Positions 44,636 to 55,662 of a DNA stretch of 64,000 nt are shown piece after piece. The DNA is from a virus (taxonomy: Duplodnaviria; Caudoviricetes): IMG/VR virus record IMGVR_UViG_2588253760_000001, positions 1-64,000 of that record, one strand, 5' to 3'. Both the position numbers and the translations under genes were made by a program. Below the pieces are notes generated by a model that was given only the letters and a program-made list of their open reading frames with translations, did not search any database and had not been told where the DNA came from. Each line of letters opens with the position of its first letter. Positions within the stretch are counted from its first letter, which is position 1.

Positions 44636-45370
44636 ATGCAAAATCCATTTACAAATACAGCATTTAGCATGACGGCACTAACAAATGCGATGAATATATT
44701 GCCGATAAATTATGGACGGGTTGAAAATTTAAATTTATTTCCAAATAGGTCAGTAAGATTTAGACATATTACAATAGAAGAACATAACGGAGTTTTAAGT
44801 TTACTACCAACGCAAGTTCCAGGGGCGCCAGCAACAGTAGGAAAAAGAGGAAAAAGAAAGGTAAGAACGTTTACGATTCCACATATTCCACATGATGATG
44901 TAGTACTGCCAGAGGAAGTACAAGGAATAAGGGCATTTGGATCAGAAAGTGAACTTAAAGCGCTAGCAGACGTAATAACTGACCATTTACAGCTAATGAG
45001 AAACAAACATGCAATAACATTAGAGCATTTGCGAATGGGAGCGCTAAAAGGAATAATTTTAGATGCTGATGGGTCAGAATTATTAAATCTGTACAACGAA
45101 TTTGAAATAACACCAAAAGTAGTAAATTTTGCACTAGGAACAGCGACAACCGATGTCAAGCGTAAATGTCTAGAAGTATTGCGGCATATTGAAGATAATC
45201 TAAGTGGTGAATATATGACCGGGATTCATGCTTTGGTAAGCCCTGAGTTTTTTGATGCATTAACTTCGCATAGTAAAGTGAAAGAAGCATACGAAAGATG
45301 GCAAGAAGGAGCAGCACTTCGGAATGATATGAGGTCAGGATTTACGTTCTGTGGCAAGCACGCATTGTGA
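44636..45370 (+). pseudogene. Major capsid protein (lambda gpE-like), 3'-truncated
   Basis: MQNPF...PHIPHDD...TLEHLRMGALKG; breaks after GFTFCG at ~245 aa. Confidence 0.85.
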
Positions 45371-45639
45371 CTGATAGCACAATAGAAAATGCCCCTATTA
45401 TTGTCAGAACATTAGCAGCAGAAGTAGCAAGAGTAGTAAATAAAAATACTTGGAATGTGGAAAATGTTTCACCAGGAGAATTTATCTCTACGGAAATTGA
45501 CGGATTTAGACCCGAATTAGATGCGTATTTGTTGTGGTTGGTTGAGTGGAGTCATCAGCTTCATTTAGGTAAATCGATATGGACAGAAAATAAGATTAAA
45601 CCACATACGATTACAATAGGAGAAAATGTTAGAGAGTAA
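45353..45639 (+). pseudogene. 3' fragment of the phage gene preceding gpV (tail-completion region)
   Basis: Starts at the capsid junction with no RBS or ATG; overlaps the gpV start. Confidence 0.55.
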
Positions 45640-46090
45640 TTTTGCTATTTCAGAGCTGCAAAGAAAATTAGCAAACATTGTACGAATAGGGCTTGTAAAA
45701 GAAGTAGATTATGAAAAAGCAAAAGTAAGAATTAAAATAGGCGAATTTTTAACAGATTGGTTGCCATGGATAACAAGCAAAGCAGGAAAAGATAGAAATT
45801 GGTCTCCGCCAGGTATTGATGAGCAAGTAGTGATACTTTCCCCGCTAGGAGAATTATCTTTAGGAGTAGTACTTCCTGGAATATATCAACAAAAGTACTC
45901 TGCACCAGAAAATAAAAAAGAGGTGAGTAGCTTAACATTTCAAGATGGAACAAAGTTGTCATACGATAAAGATAAACATCATTTAGAGATTGAAGTAGTA
46001 GACAAAATAACACTGAAAGCTGGGGAATCGAGCATAGAAATGACAAAAAGTGGAATAAAACTGAAAGCAGAAAGGATCGACTTAAATTGA
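45626..46090 (+). CDS. Baseplate assembly protein V (spike)
   Basis: NIVRIG.V..VD, TDWLPW, WSPPGIDEQV, FQDGT. Confidence 0.92.
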   Translation: MLESNFAISELQRKLANIVRIGLVKEVDYEKAKVRIKIGEFLTDWLPWITSKAGKDRNWSPPGIDEQVVILSPLGELSLGVVLPGIYQQKYSAPENKKEVSSLTFQDGTKLSYDKDKHHLEIEVVDKITLKAGESSIEMTKSGIKLKAERIDLN

Positions 46091-46347
46091 ACAAAGGAAT
46101 AGTAAGGTTAGGAGACTATTGTGGAGAAGCTATACCACATTTCTGCATTAGCGGAAGTAATAATGTTTTTGTAAACGGTAAGTCAATATGTAGACAAGGA
46201 GACAGTTTTAGTGAAGGAAAAGTAATGATTCAAGGATCAAAAATAGTGTTTGCAAATGGTCTTAGTGTAGGAAGAGTAGGAGATATAGTTTCATGTGGGT
46301 TTAAAGTAATTAGAGGGAGTTCTGATGTTTTTACAGAGCCAGTATGA
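46087..46347 (+). CDS. PAAR-like spike tip protein
   Basis: VRLGD, GSNNVFVNGKSICRQGD, GRVGD..SCG. Confidence 0.88.
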   Translation: MNKGIVRLGDYCGEAIPHFCISGSNNVFVNGKSICRQGDSFSEGKVMIQGSKIVFANGLSVGRVGDIVSCGFKVIRGSSDVFTEPV

Positions 46348-46679
46348 AGGGAATGAGCAAAGAAACAGGTAAAGAACTAGAGGGTTTAGAACACTTAAAG
46401 CAATCAATAATTGATATACTGACCACTCCTATTAAGAGTAGAATAATGAGAAGAGATTATGGATCAAGATTATTTGAGTTAGTAGATAAGCCAATAAATA
46501 GGGATTTAACTTTGGAAATTTACGCAGCAACTGCAGAAGCTTTGGAAAAATGGGAAAAAAGATTTAAGTTAGAAAAAGTAAAAATAACAGAAGTGAAAGA
46601 AGGAAAAGTAACGCTTGACCTAGAAGGATTGTACTTACCAAGTGGAAAAAATATTCGCTTTGATGGAGTTGTGGTATAA
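46344..46679 (+). CDS. Baseplate protein W (gp25-like)
   Basis: HLKQSIIDILTTP..SRIMRRDYGS, WEKRF. Confidence 0.92.
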   Translation: MKGMSKETGKELEGLEHLKQSIIDILTTPIKSRIMRRDYGSRLFELVDKPINRDLTLEIYAATAEALEKWEKRFKLEKVKITEVKEGKVTLDLEGLYLPSGKNIRFDGVVV

Positions 46680-46681
46680 AG

Positions 46682-47482
46682 ATGGAGCAGCCTAACATTA
46701 TTGAGCCACTGAACTTCGAAGAAATTCTGTCTCGGATGAGGGAAGAGTTGGTGAAGCGTGACGCAAGTTTTACAGCATTAGTTGAAAGTGATCCAGCGAT
46801 AAAGATTCTGGAGGTAGCAGCATGGAGAGAACTTTTGCTCAGACAAAGGATAAACGAAGCTGTAAAGGGTAATTTACTTAAATTTGCGATAGGAGAAGAT
46901 CTTGATAATTTGGCTGAATTTTATGGAGTAGAGAGAGAAAAAGAAGAAGATGACGAACGATTTAGAAAGAGGGTAAAAGCAAAAGTAAAAGGCTGGAGCA
47001 CATGTGGGAGCAAGGAGTATTATAGGTATTATGCACTGTCAGCAGATAGTAGAGTAAAAGATGCACTAGTGGAATCACCTATACCAGGGAAAGTACAAAT
47101 TTCAATCTTATCAACAAAATTATCCATAACTGGCATAGTGTCAGAAGAGCTACTAGAAATTGTAAAAAAGCAGGTTACTAGAGATGATATAAGGGTTTTA
47201 ACCGATACAGTAACAGTGATAGGTTGCAATATTACGGAAGTAGATATCCACAGCAGAATGAGCATAAGTCCTTTAATATCAGAGGAAGAAATCAAGAAGC
47301 AGTTTATTGAGAAGTTTGAATTAGCAAAAAGATTAGGATGGAATGTAACAAGATCTTGGATAATAGCAAACCTATTTGTAGAGGGTGTAGAGAATGTAGA
47401 ATTAATCGAGCCAAAAGAAGATGTTGTGGTGCTAGGTAATGAGTGTGCTGCTTTAAGAAACTTAGAGATTGAGTTGAATTAA
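46682..47482 (+). CDS. Baseplate protein J
   Basis: ESDP, RQRINEA, DLDNL, EDDERFR, YALSADSRV, RVLTD. Confidence 0.92.
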   Translation: MEQPNIIEPLNFEEILSRMREELVKRDASFTALVESDPAIKILEVAAWRELLLRQRINEAVKGNLLKFAIGEDLDNLAEFYGVEREKEEDDERFRKRVKAKVKGWSTCGSKEYYRYYALSADSRVKDALVESPIPGKVQISILSTKLSITGIVSEELLEIVKKQVTRDDIRVLTDTVTVIGCNITEVDIHSRMSISPLISEEEIKKQFIEKFELAKRLGWNVTRSWIIANLFVEGVENVELIEPKEDVVVLGNECAALRNLEIELN

Positions 47483-47611
47483 TGTTATTGCCACCAAATG
47501 CAACAAAACAGGAAAAAGCGCTAGTAGATGCAACGGATTATAAAGTAGATCCAAGTTGCATCAGAGGGTTTAAGTTTAGTCTTAAAGAAGAAACATTGCC
47601 GTGGTTGATTG
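47482..47611 (+). pseudogene. 5' fragment of tail protein I
   Basis: MLLPPNATKQEKALVDATDYKVDPSCIRGFKFSLKEETLPWLI, then fused end-to-end with the NACHT gene. Confidence 0.85.
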
Positions 47612-48486
47612 CTTTTCACCAATAGCTTCTCTCTTACTCCTTCCTGAACTTGTGCTCGGTAAACATTCTTTAGCTGAAACTTCACCTCCTTGTTTTACAG
47701 CTTCTTGCTGCTGATCAGAAGACTGAATAAGTCTTAATTTTTCTATAAGCAAGTTTGCAATATCTTGCTGCTTATTAGCAATAGCAAATTTTAGAAGTGT
47801 TTTTTGATTACGATTACGAGCGTGGAGAACTGCTTTAAGTGTGTCATCATCTTTTCCTTTTAATAAAGAATTAACTTTATCTTCTTTACCATCTTGAACA
47901 TCTTGAAATAATTTATCAATGTCACTAAGTAGATTCTTAACAGATCCAGACTTTGCTAGATCTAGCGGTGTCTTACCTTGTGCATTTTGAACATCATAAT
48001 GCGCTCCTTTTTCTAAGAGTAATTTTACTATCTTTAAGTAACCTAATTGAACAGCAGTGTGCAGCGGTGCCCTTCCACCTTCTTCTTTAGCATTAACATC
48101 AGCGCCTTCTTCAACAAGGAATTCAATTACATTCAAGTTTCCAGAATAAGCAGCATAGTATATCAGTGACCTACTAAGTTCGTCCTTAGCATTAACATCA
48201 GCGCCTTTTTCAACAAGGGATTTAACCACATCCAAGTTTCCAAAATAAGCAGCCCATTGTAGGATTAACACATTACGTTTGTCCTCATCATTATTATTCA
48301 AAGCACCTGGTACTGTAAAAACAAAGTCATCAAAGCTGTAGTTTTCATAGTCAATACTTTGCAGCGGTGTCTTTCCATATTTGTCCTTAACATTAAGATC
48401 ACCACCTTTTTCAACAAGGAAGTCAATTACATCCAATTTTACCTTTCTAGCAGACAAGTAAAGAGGTGTCCTTTCATCTTTGTTCT

Positions 48487-48712
48487 TAGCATTAACATCA
48501 GCTTTACCTTCTTCAACAAGGAATTTAACCATATCCAAGTTTCCACTTTCAGCAGCCATATGCAGAGGAGTTACTTGCCAACCTGTACTCATAGCATTAA
48601 CATCAGCTTTACCTTCTTTAACAAGGAATTTAACCATATCCAAGTTTCCACTTTCAACAGCCATATGCAGAGGAGTTACTTGCCAACCTGTACTCATAGC
48701 ATTAACATCAGC
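48487..48712 (-). repeat. 105-bp tandem ankyrin duplication
   Basis: DVNAMSTGWQVTPLHMA.ESGNLDMVKFLV.EGKA twice, with few substitutions. Confidence 0.9.
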
Positions 48713-51700
48713 GTCCCAGTCGTTTACCAAAATCTTAGCAACTTCTAATTGTTTATTGAGGGCTGCTACGTGTAATGGTGTGCAACCTTGATATTTATAT
48801 TCCAAATCTTCATCTTTCTGGGTTTCATCTGCAGTACTTAATAATATACCACTTCCTTGCATCTTAAGATTAGGATTTGCTCCACTCTCTAAAAGGATTT
48901 TGGTCACTTGAACATCGCCTTTAAAAGCAGCATAGTGTAGTGGTGAGCCATATTTATCATCTTGACCATTAATAATTGCTTTTATGAAATCAGGTTCTAT
49001 ATCTTGATCTTGTAATATATTATTTATCATTTGATAGTCTTTATTTTTAATAGCCTCGGTAAGGGTCTTATATGAATCATCCAGTTTCTTTAATAATTCA
49101 AGAATTTTTGATGATTGATCAGCAAATTTGAACATCAGTTCTAATGTTCCCATTATTTTTTGCTGACCTATAAGATTTAAATGCAACCAAGTTTCACTCA
49201 AGAATTGAATACCACCACATTCATAGATTTTTGATATCAAATCTTGTAATTCTTCATTTGTATCCATGCTTTTTATAGCTAATATATCTAATATTTCTCC
49301 AGTCTCATATTTTTTATGACCTGAATTTTCTTTTAGCTTATTTATTATTTCTTTCAATCTTAATACTTCTTCTTCTACTTCTTTTAACGCATCATTAATT
49401 TCATAATCTTGTCTTATATACAAATTTAATACCCGTTCCAGCAAATCTTGTTCATAGTCATCAAGAGATTGATATCGATTTTCTTTCTCTTTTCTTTCGT
49501 CTAGTGAATAAAATTGATGATATAAGTGTTGATAATCATTGAACTTAAGCATCTCTCTATAACCAGTCAAAATTTCATTATATACCTTGCTATCAGGGTA
49601 CTGTTTGAATGCCCCTATTTCTTCTTTAGCATTAGTTATATAATCACGAAATTTACCTAAGGCATTTTCTACTAGATTAGTATTACTATCCTCATAAAAC
49701 TTAAAAAGTAGTTTTGGTATATTATCTGGTAGAAGAGGTATTCTTTTATTATATTTGGATGATTCATCCTTGTAATTAAGCGATAAAGATATTCCTTGTT
49801 GATGACTCTCAACAAATTCATAACCTTCGAAGTCAGGAGAACTACCTACATTATCAATAATTAGCTTTAGTATAGTGCCTAGTGGATTACTACTTTTATT
49901 AATCTTCTGATTGTGCAACTTATGTACTCCATCTAAAAGCTCATGGATGTAGTGTATCTGCTTAGCATACTGTAGTGTTGTTTTTGAATATTTAATATCC
50001 TTATGATTATATCCTACACCAGCTTTTAGTAACAGTTCGATTCTCTCAAATAAATTCAAAAACTCTTTATCAGAATGAAAAGAAGGCTGACTATTACTAG
50101 CATAATTCAGTTTATTTATAGGACTATTTAAGCTCTCGTAACAATATTCAAAAAGCAATACATTTATAACATCAGAGAAATCAATACCCTTTTTTATAGC
50201 GAGCTCAGTTATTTCTTTACCATATTTGAGGGATTGTACGGCAATCAATTGGGCAGGGGAGATCTGACTACTAATTTCAGGATATTTAAATCCATTAACA
50301 AGGTTACTATCAGTCTTTTCTATTAACAATTCAATTACATCTGACGGGGCAACGTACTGAAAAGCTTCAAGTATTGGCAATTCTTGTCGATGATTTAAAT
50401 CTTCATAAGGTTTACCATCAACTATATCTAGCTTTAAACAAGATCTAAGAACATCAAATTCAATCTTTTGAAATATACGTTGAACTAAAGTCTCTGAATC
50501 CTTATCCTTCCAATTAGGATCATAAGAAAATTTTTTAACGAGAACTTCTAAAACATCTAGGTGAGCATTTTGAGCCGCTAACCATAAGGGACTATAGAAC
50601 CATTTATCACGTTTTAGATATTTCTGTAAAAATTCTTTATTAAGTTTTGTTTCTAAGGCTTCAACAAGTTTTATATACCCCATTTCAGCAGATACGCATA
50701 ATAATTTTAGTTGATCATTATTCTCAATAACGTCTACATTACTTTTTTCTTTTGTCGACAAAGAAAACTCAACTATCCCAAATAACAGTTTGGTTGATTG
50801 TTTACCGTTGCCATTATAATCATATCGTGTTGTTTGATCAAGAAGCTTTGTGAGTAGGGTTCTCAGCTTATTCTGCTTATCAGGAAAGTCGATGTTGCTT
50901 TCAAAATCTTTTTTTGCTTTTAATTGAAGAAACTTAGAAATTTGTATCCTATCATCCTCAATTAGGTTTTTAGTTATAATATTCTCAACAAAGTCCTCAA
51001 ATTTATCAGATTTAACTGACTTAAACCTTTCCCAAAAGTAACTAGCAGCAAAATATTCAGCAAAAGTACGGTGAATGAATCTAGGCTTATTATCAATAAC
51101 TTGTTCAATAATACCTGTACTTTCTTTCCCTTCTTTTATATCGTCAATTAATCCGCGTACTTTGTCCATTTCTTCTCCAGTAAGCAACTTCTTTACTTCA
51201 TCTTCGTTAAAGATTGCATATAAAGCTAATTTCATATGATCTTCTATAAGTTTCTCGCGTCCTTCTTCAACCATCCCTTTCATATCTGGATCGTCAATAT
51301 TCATACCAGGCTTCTTTTCTCCAAAGCGAATTTTATAAAACTTTATGTCAATAAATCTCTCATATAAAGTAACCAAATCCTGCTCTTCAATTTTCCTTTT
51401 ATGTTCATCAGAAAGCTCCTGCTTATTAGAGTCATAAAAACTCTTGAATGCATCTGTGAAAACTTCAGCAACCATAGATGCATGTAGCGGTATACTCATA
51501 AAATCTTTATCACCTATGGATTTAGGAAGCTTACCTAGTAATTCATCAATAAAAACTCCTGAGCGTTGCTCATCTAATTCATTAAGTTTCAACTTTTCTT
51601 TCCAAAATTTCCTTAAAAAACCTTTCTGTTCTTCGAGAAGGAGTGGCTTTAATGAATATGAAAATACACTAAGTTGATCTTCTAGTTCTTCTTGAATAAA

Positions 51701-52889
51701 ATTATAAGGACGAGTAGTTATCCATAGCTTTTCTACTTTAGAATTTTTTAGAACTTGCAGTAACTCAATAACTTTTTCTGTATAGTCAGGGCTAATCTCA
51801 TCAAACCCATCAAACAGTAAAACAATCCTGCCCTGATTATAAAAATTATTAAATAGCTCTATTTCTAATAAGTCCAGATCCTGAGTGCTTTTTCTGTCCA
51901 AACTTATTTTACTGTCTTTTACAGTTATAGCATGGAGAACATTTTCTACCGTTTGTTCCCTTTTCCCCTTCTTTTCTGTTGTTTCTTCTTTTTCTCCTTG
52001 AAAGAGTTGAAAACCTACAATCCTGTATAGGAATTTTATCGCTTCTGCCTCGTTAAGTTTTGTTTTCTTCTCTGTTTCTATTTTTAATTCAGTTGAATAA
52101 TCCAGCAAGTTGATTCTTACAATCCACAAAGATTCTTTTGTCTTTAATGCTAAAGGAGTCAGTACAGTAGACTTGCCCATACCAGGTTCAGCAGAAATAA
52201 TTACTACTTTGTCTGTTATATCTGTAATTTTCTCTGGTTTATACTCCTGAATAGCCTGTGCATTTGTATCTACAGACTTTCTTAATTTAGATAGAGTACC
52301 ATAAGATTTCTGCCATATCAAATCATCTCCCTCCTTTTTGAGCCAATAAATATTGTGTTTTTTGTGATTATCACATAAATGCTTAAAATCCTCACCTGTA
52401 TCAGAAATTAATACTATATCCTGATCTTCCTTAAGGTTTTGCCTATTCACTTGACTGCTATAAGTTACAAGAAACTTAGAGTCTTTTTCCTTCAAAATTT
52501 CTTTTTTGATCTTTACTTGGCGATTAAATGTTCGGGAAATATAATAATCCTTAATATCCTCATACTTTGAATCTATGAGTGCTTTACCTATCTTTACCTT
52601 CTCCTTATTAATAAGCTTAGATAATACTTCTCCATCTAGTAGATGTTTTGACCCATCATCTACTAATGTACCTAAACTTACCTCCTTTCCTTGAAATATG
52701 ACTTTTTCTCTTTCTAGAAGTTTTTCTTGTGACTCAGTTGTAAGATCAGTTAAGATATTTCTTTCATCTTTTTTTTCAGTATATTTAGTAGAGGAATCCT
52801 CTTTAAATTTAGCAGCTAGAGGATCTTGCTCTTGAGTAATGAGAATAACTTTTTTATTACTATTAGACTGTATTATTGAGGATAATCGA

Positions 52890-52931
52890 TTGTATAATTC
52901 ATCTACTCTTTTGTATAATTCATCTACTCTT
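52890..52931. repeat. 21-bp perfect tandem duplication (in frame)
   Basis: TTGTATAATTCATCTACTCTT x2 (RVDELY repeated). Confidence 0.9.
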
Positions 52932-55464
52932 TCTACCTCTATGTCATTACAGTGAATTACTAATATATTATTTTCTCCTCCTTTTTGCTTCAATTCAGTT
53001 ATTGCTTTTTCTAAATAGTCATTATCCCCTCCAAGAGAATACAGATAATCTAAGTCTATAAAATCAGCAGTTACAAAATTTTGAACTAACTTAACAGCAC
53101 TTAGTAGCTTTTCCTTTGCAATAATATTTAAAATTTGTTTATTAGGATCACTTACAAAATCTTCTAACTTCAATTCTTTAATTGAATCAGAGCTAAATTC
53201 AATATCACTGCCCTTAATCTTATGAAAATATATAATCCTTAGAATATTTAATATTGGATTATTAATAATCCTGTCTTTTACTTCATTAAAATAACTGCAA
53301 CTTTTTGTTAAGTATGGAGCCTCTTTTGGCAACTTCCACCATTTTTGCACTTTATCGTGTACGTCCAGAAAAATTGCATCAGTTTTAATATCAAAAAGAG
53401 ATTCTCTGTTTTATAGATAATATTCGCTTATTTCTTGCTTTAAAATTTCCTCTACTCCATCTTCTTTAGCTTGATTTGTAAAAAACTTTATTTTGTCTAG
53501 AAACTCTCTTACCAAACTTTTATCATGTTTTTCATCGATTAATGAAAGCCTAGGGAAATTCTTAACATTAATTTCAAATCTATAACTATCTAGTTTTTTG
53601 TTTGTTAAACCGTTCTCTTTTTCAATTTTGTCCTTCAATTTCTGAAAAAGTTGCTTAGCATTTTTTGGCAATGATTCTTCATTATTATTAAATTTAAGCA
53701 TACTTGTTTCTTCGTCGAAGATAAGTAGATTACCTACTAAACCTCCAATACCTCCATTGATTGCTATGTCTCCTTTGTTTAATCTCTTTTGATTGCCAAC
53801 CATATTGTCATCAATTGTGACAACATAATTATTTGTAACCTTGCCATCTTTTAACAAATCAATAAACTTTAAGGTTAAATGCTCTAATCTTTTTTCTTTT
53901 CTTAACGCCAAATCAAGATTACCAAAAGTACTAGGAAGTTTTAAAGAAAGCGATTGTAATTTTTTCTTTCCTGCTATCCAAATGGCGTCATTAACAATTT
54001 TTTGCGTTACTTCCTTTTCTTCCAATTTATTCTTTAAATCGATGACTTCTTGTGGAATGCCCTTTTCGACGAATTTAAGCCTACTCTCTTCAGAATCGAA
54101 TGTAACCACACTTCCTATCAGTTTGCTTATTGTATCCGGAGATGTGTTCTCTAACATTGCTTCAACCAAAACTCTTATTTCTTCTGGTTTAGTTGTTGAT
54201 TTTTTGTCGTATACTATTTTTTCACAAAGTACTTTCTTCAATATCCGCAAAAGGTCTTCTTTACTTTCAAAAAATTCATCGCGAAATTTCCATTTACCAT
54301 CGCTCACTTTTCTTATAACTTTTTGTGCTAGGACAACATGGTAGCTTTTTATAAGCCCGTCTGACATCATGTTATCTGTGCTAGACAAAATGAACTTTGC
54401 AAAATTCTCTGCTAGTATTTTAGTATGTGATTCCGACACAATTTTTACTAAAAGACCGATATTCTCGTCTTTATACTCAAATTGAAACCTCTTTCCTTCT
54501 TCTTCGCTTGTATAAATTAGAACATCACCTGTATTAGGTTGTTCTATGCTTTTTTTCTCACTAAAGTTCTCTTTAGCAGGGGTATAAATAACAAAGTCAC
54601 AATCTATATTTTGAAATTCACCTTTGAATATAACATCATCACTTTCTGGATTAAACTTATACTTAATTCTTAAGTAACTATCAAGGTAACTATGTAAACT
54701 AAAATCCCCACCTTTTTTTTGTACTTCTCCAACAGTAACTTTCTTATTGTCAGAATTATCTTTATGCTTAGCTTGTATAAATATAACTCTTGGTTTTTCT
54801 TGTCCACTCAAGTTATACCTAAAAATTATGTCATCAAGAGCTCCTACTCCATCAACATTTGTGCCTAAATAAAATTCGTTTATCTTTTCATCATTTAAAG
54901 CCCTGAACAAAATCAACATTAACAATTTAGTCTCATAAAGCTGTCCACTAATACCCGAAGTTCCACTTCTTTTTTGATAAAAATTACTGTTATCAGAAGG
55001 AGATTGCTCAGGGTGTTGCTTAACTGATGACTGTTTATGCAATTGTGTTGGATTATTAACTTGGCGAGAAGGTCCTGGCCGCTGATCATCTCGGTTTTCC
55101 TGTTTACCTTGAGCATCTATATTAGTTCTTTGTCGAGGTTGTATCTGTGTTTTTGAACTCAATAACGTTTCTAAGATTTGAATAATGCCTTGTTTATTAG
55201 GATTGCTATTATCAAGCTCATTAGCTAAGATTAGCGGTGATTTACCTGCATTATTTTCGATGTCAATCTTTGCCCCTTCTTTCAGTAGAAGTTCAACAAT
55301 ATCCTGATGCCCTTTACTTACAGCAACATGTAGTGGTGTATCACCTTTATTGTTTTTAGCATTAATATCTGCTTTCCACTTTTGCAGTAATTTTTTAGCT
55401 ATTTCTTTTTTTCCCTTTCAATAGCATAGTGTAAAGGGGTATTATCTTTATTATTTTTATCAAT

Positions 55465-55662
55465 AATGTTAACCTTTACTCCTGCTTTTAGCAGCTCCTG
55501 AACTTTTTGCAGATTACTATTCTTTATAGCAGAAAATAGCTCTGTATTTTTTTCTCTTTCATCAATGTTAACCTTTACTCCTGCTTTTAGCAGCTCCTGA
55601 ACTTTTTGCAGATTACTATTCTTTATAGCAGAAAATAGCTCTGTATTTTTTTCTCTTTCATC
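55465..55662. repeat. 99-bp perfect tandem duplication (one ankyrin-length unit)
   Basis: DEREKNTELFSAIKNSNLQKVQELLKAGVKVNI x2, identical DNA. Confidence 0.92.

Noticed and set aside
45626-47482. Baseplate + PAAR as a stand-alone contractile injection system
   Set aside because: Standard WO gene order; no sheath, tube or tape-measure gene in this window.
48487-55662. Tandem repeats as a CRISPR array
   Set aside because: In-frame coding duplications without spacers; no cas genes.
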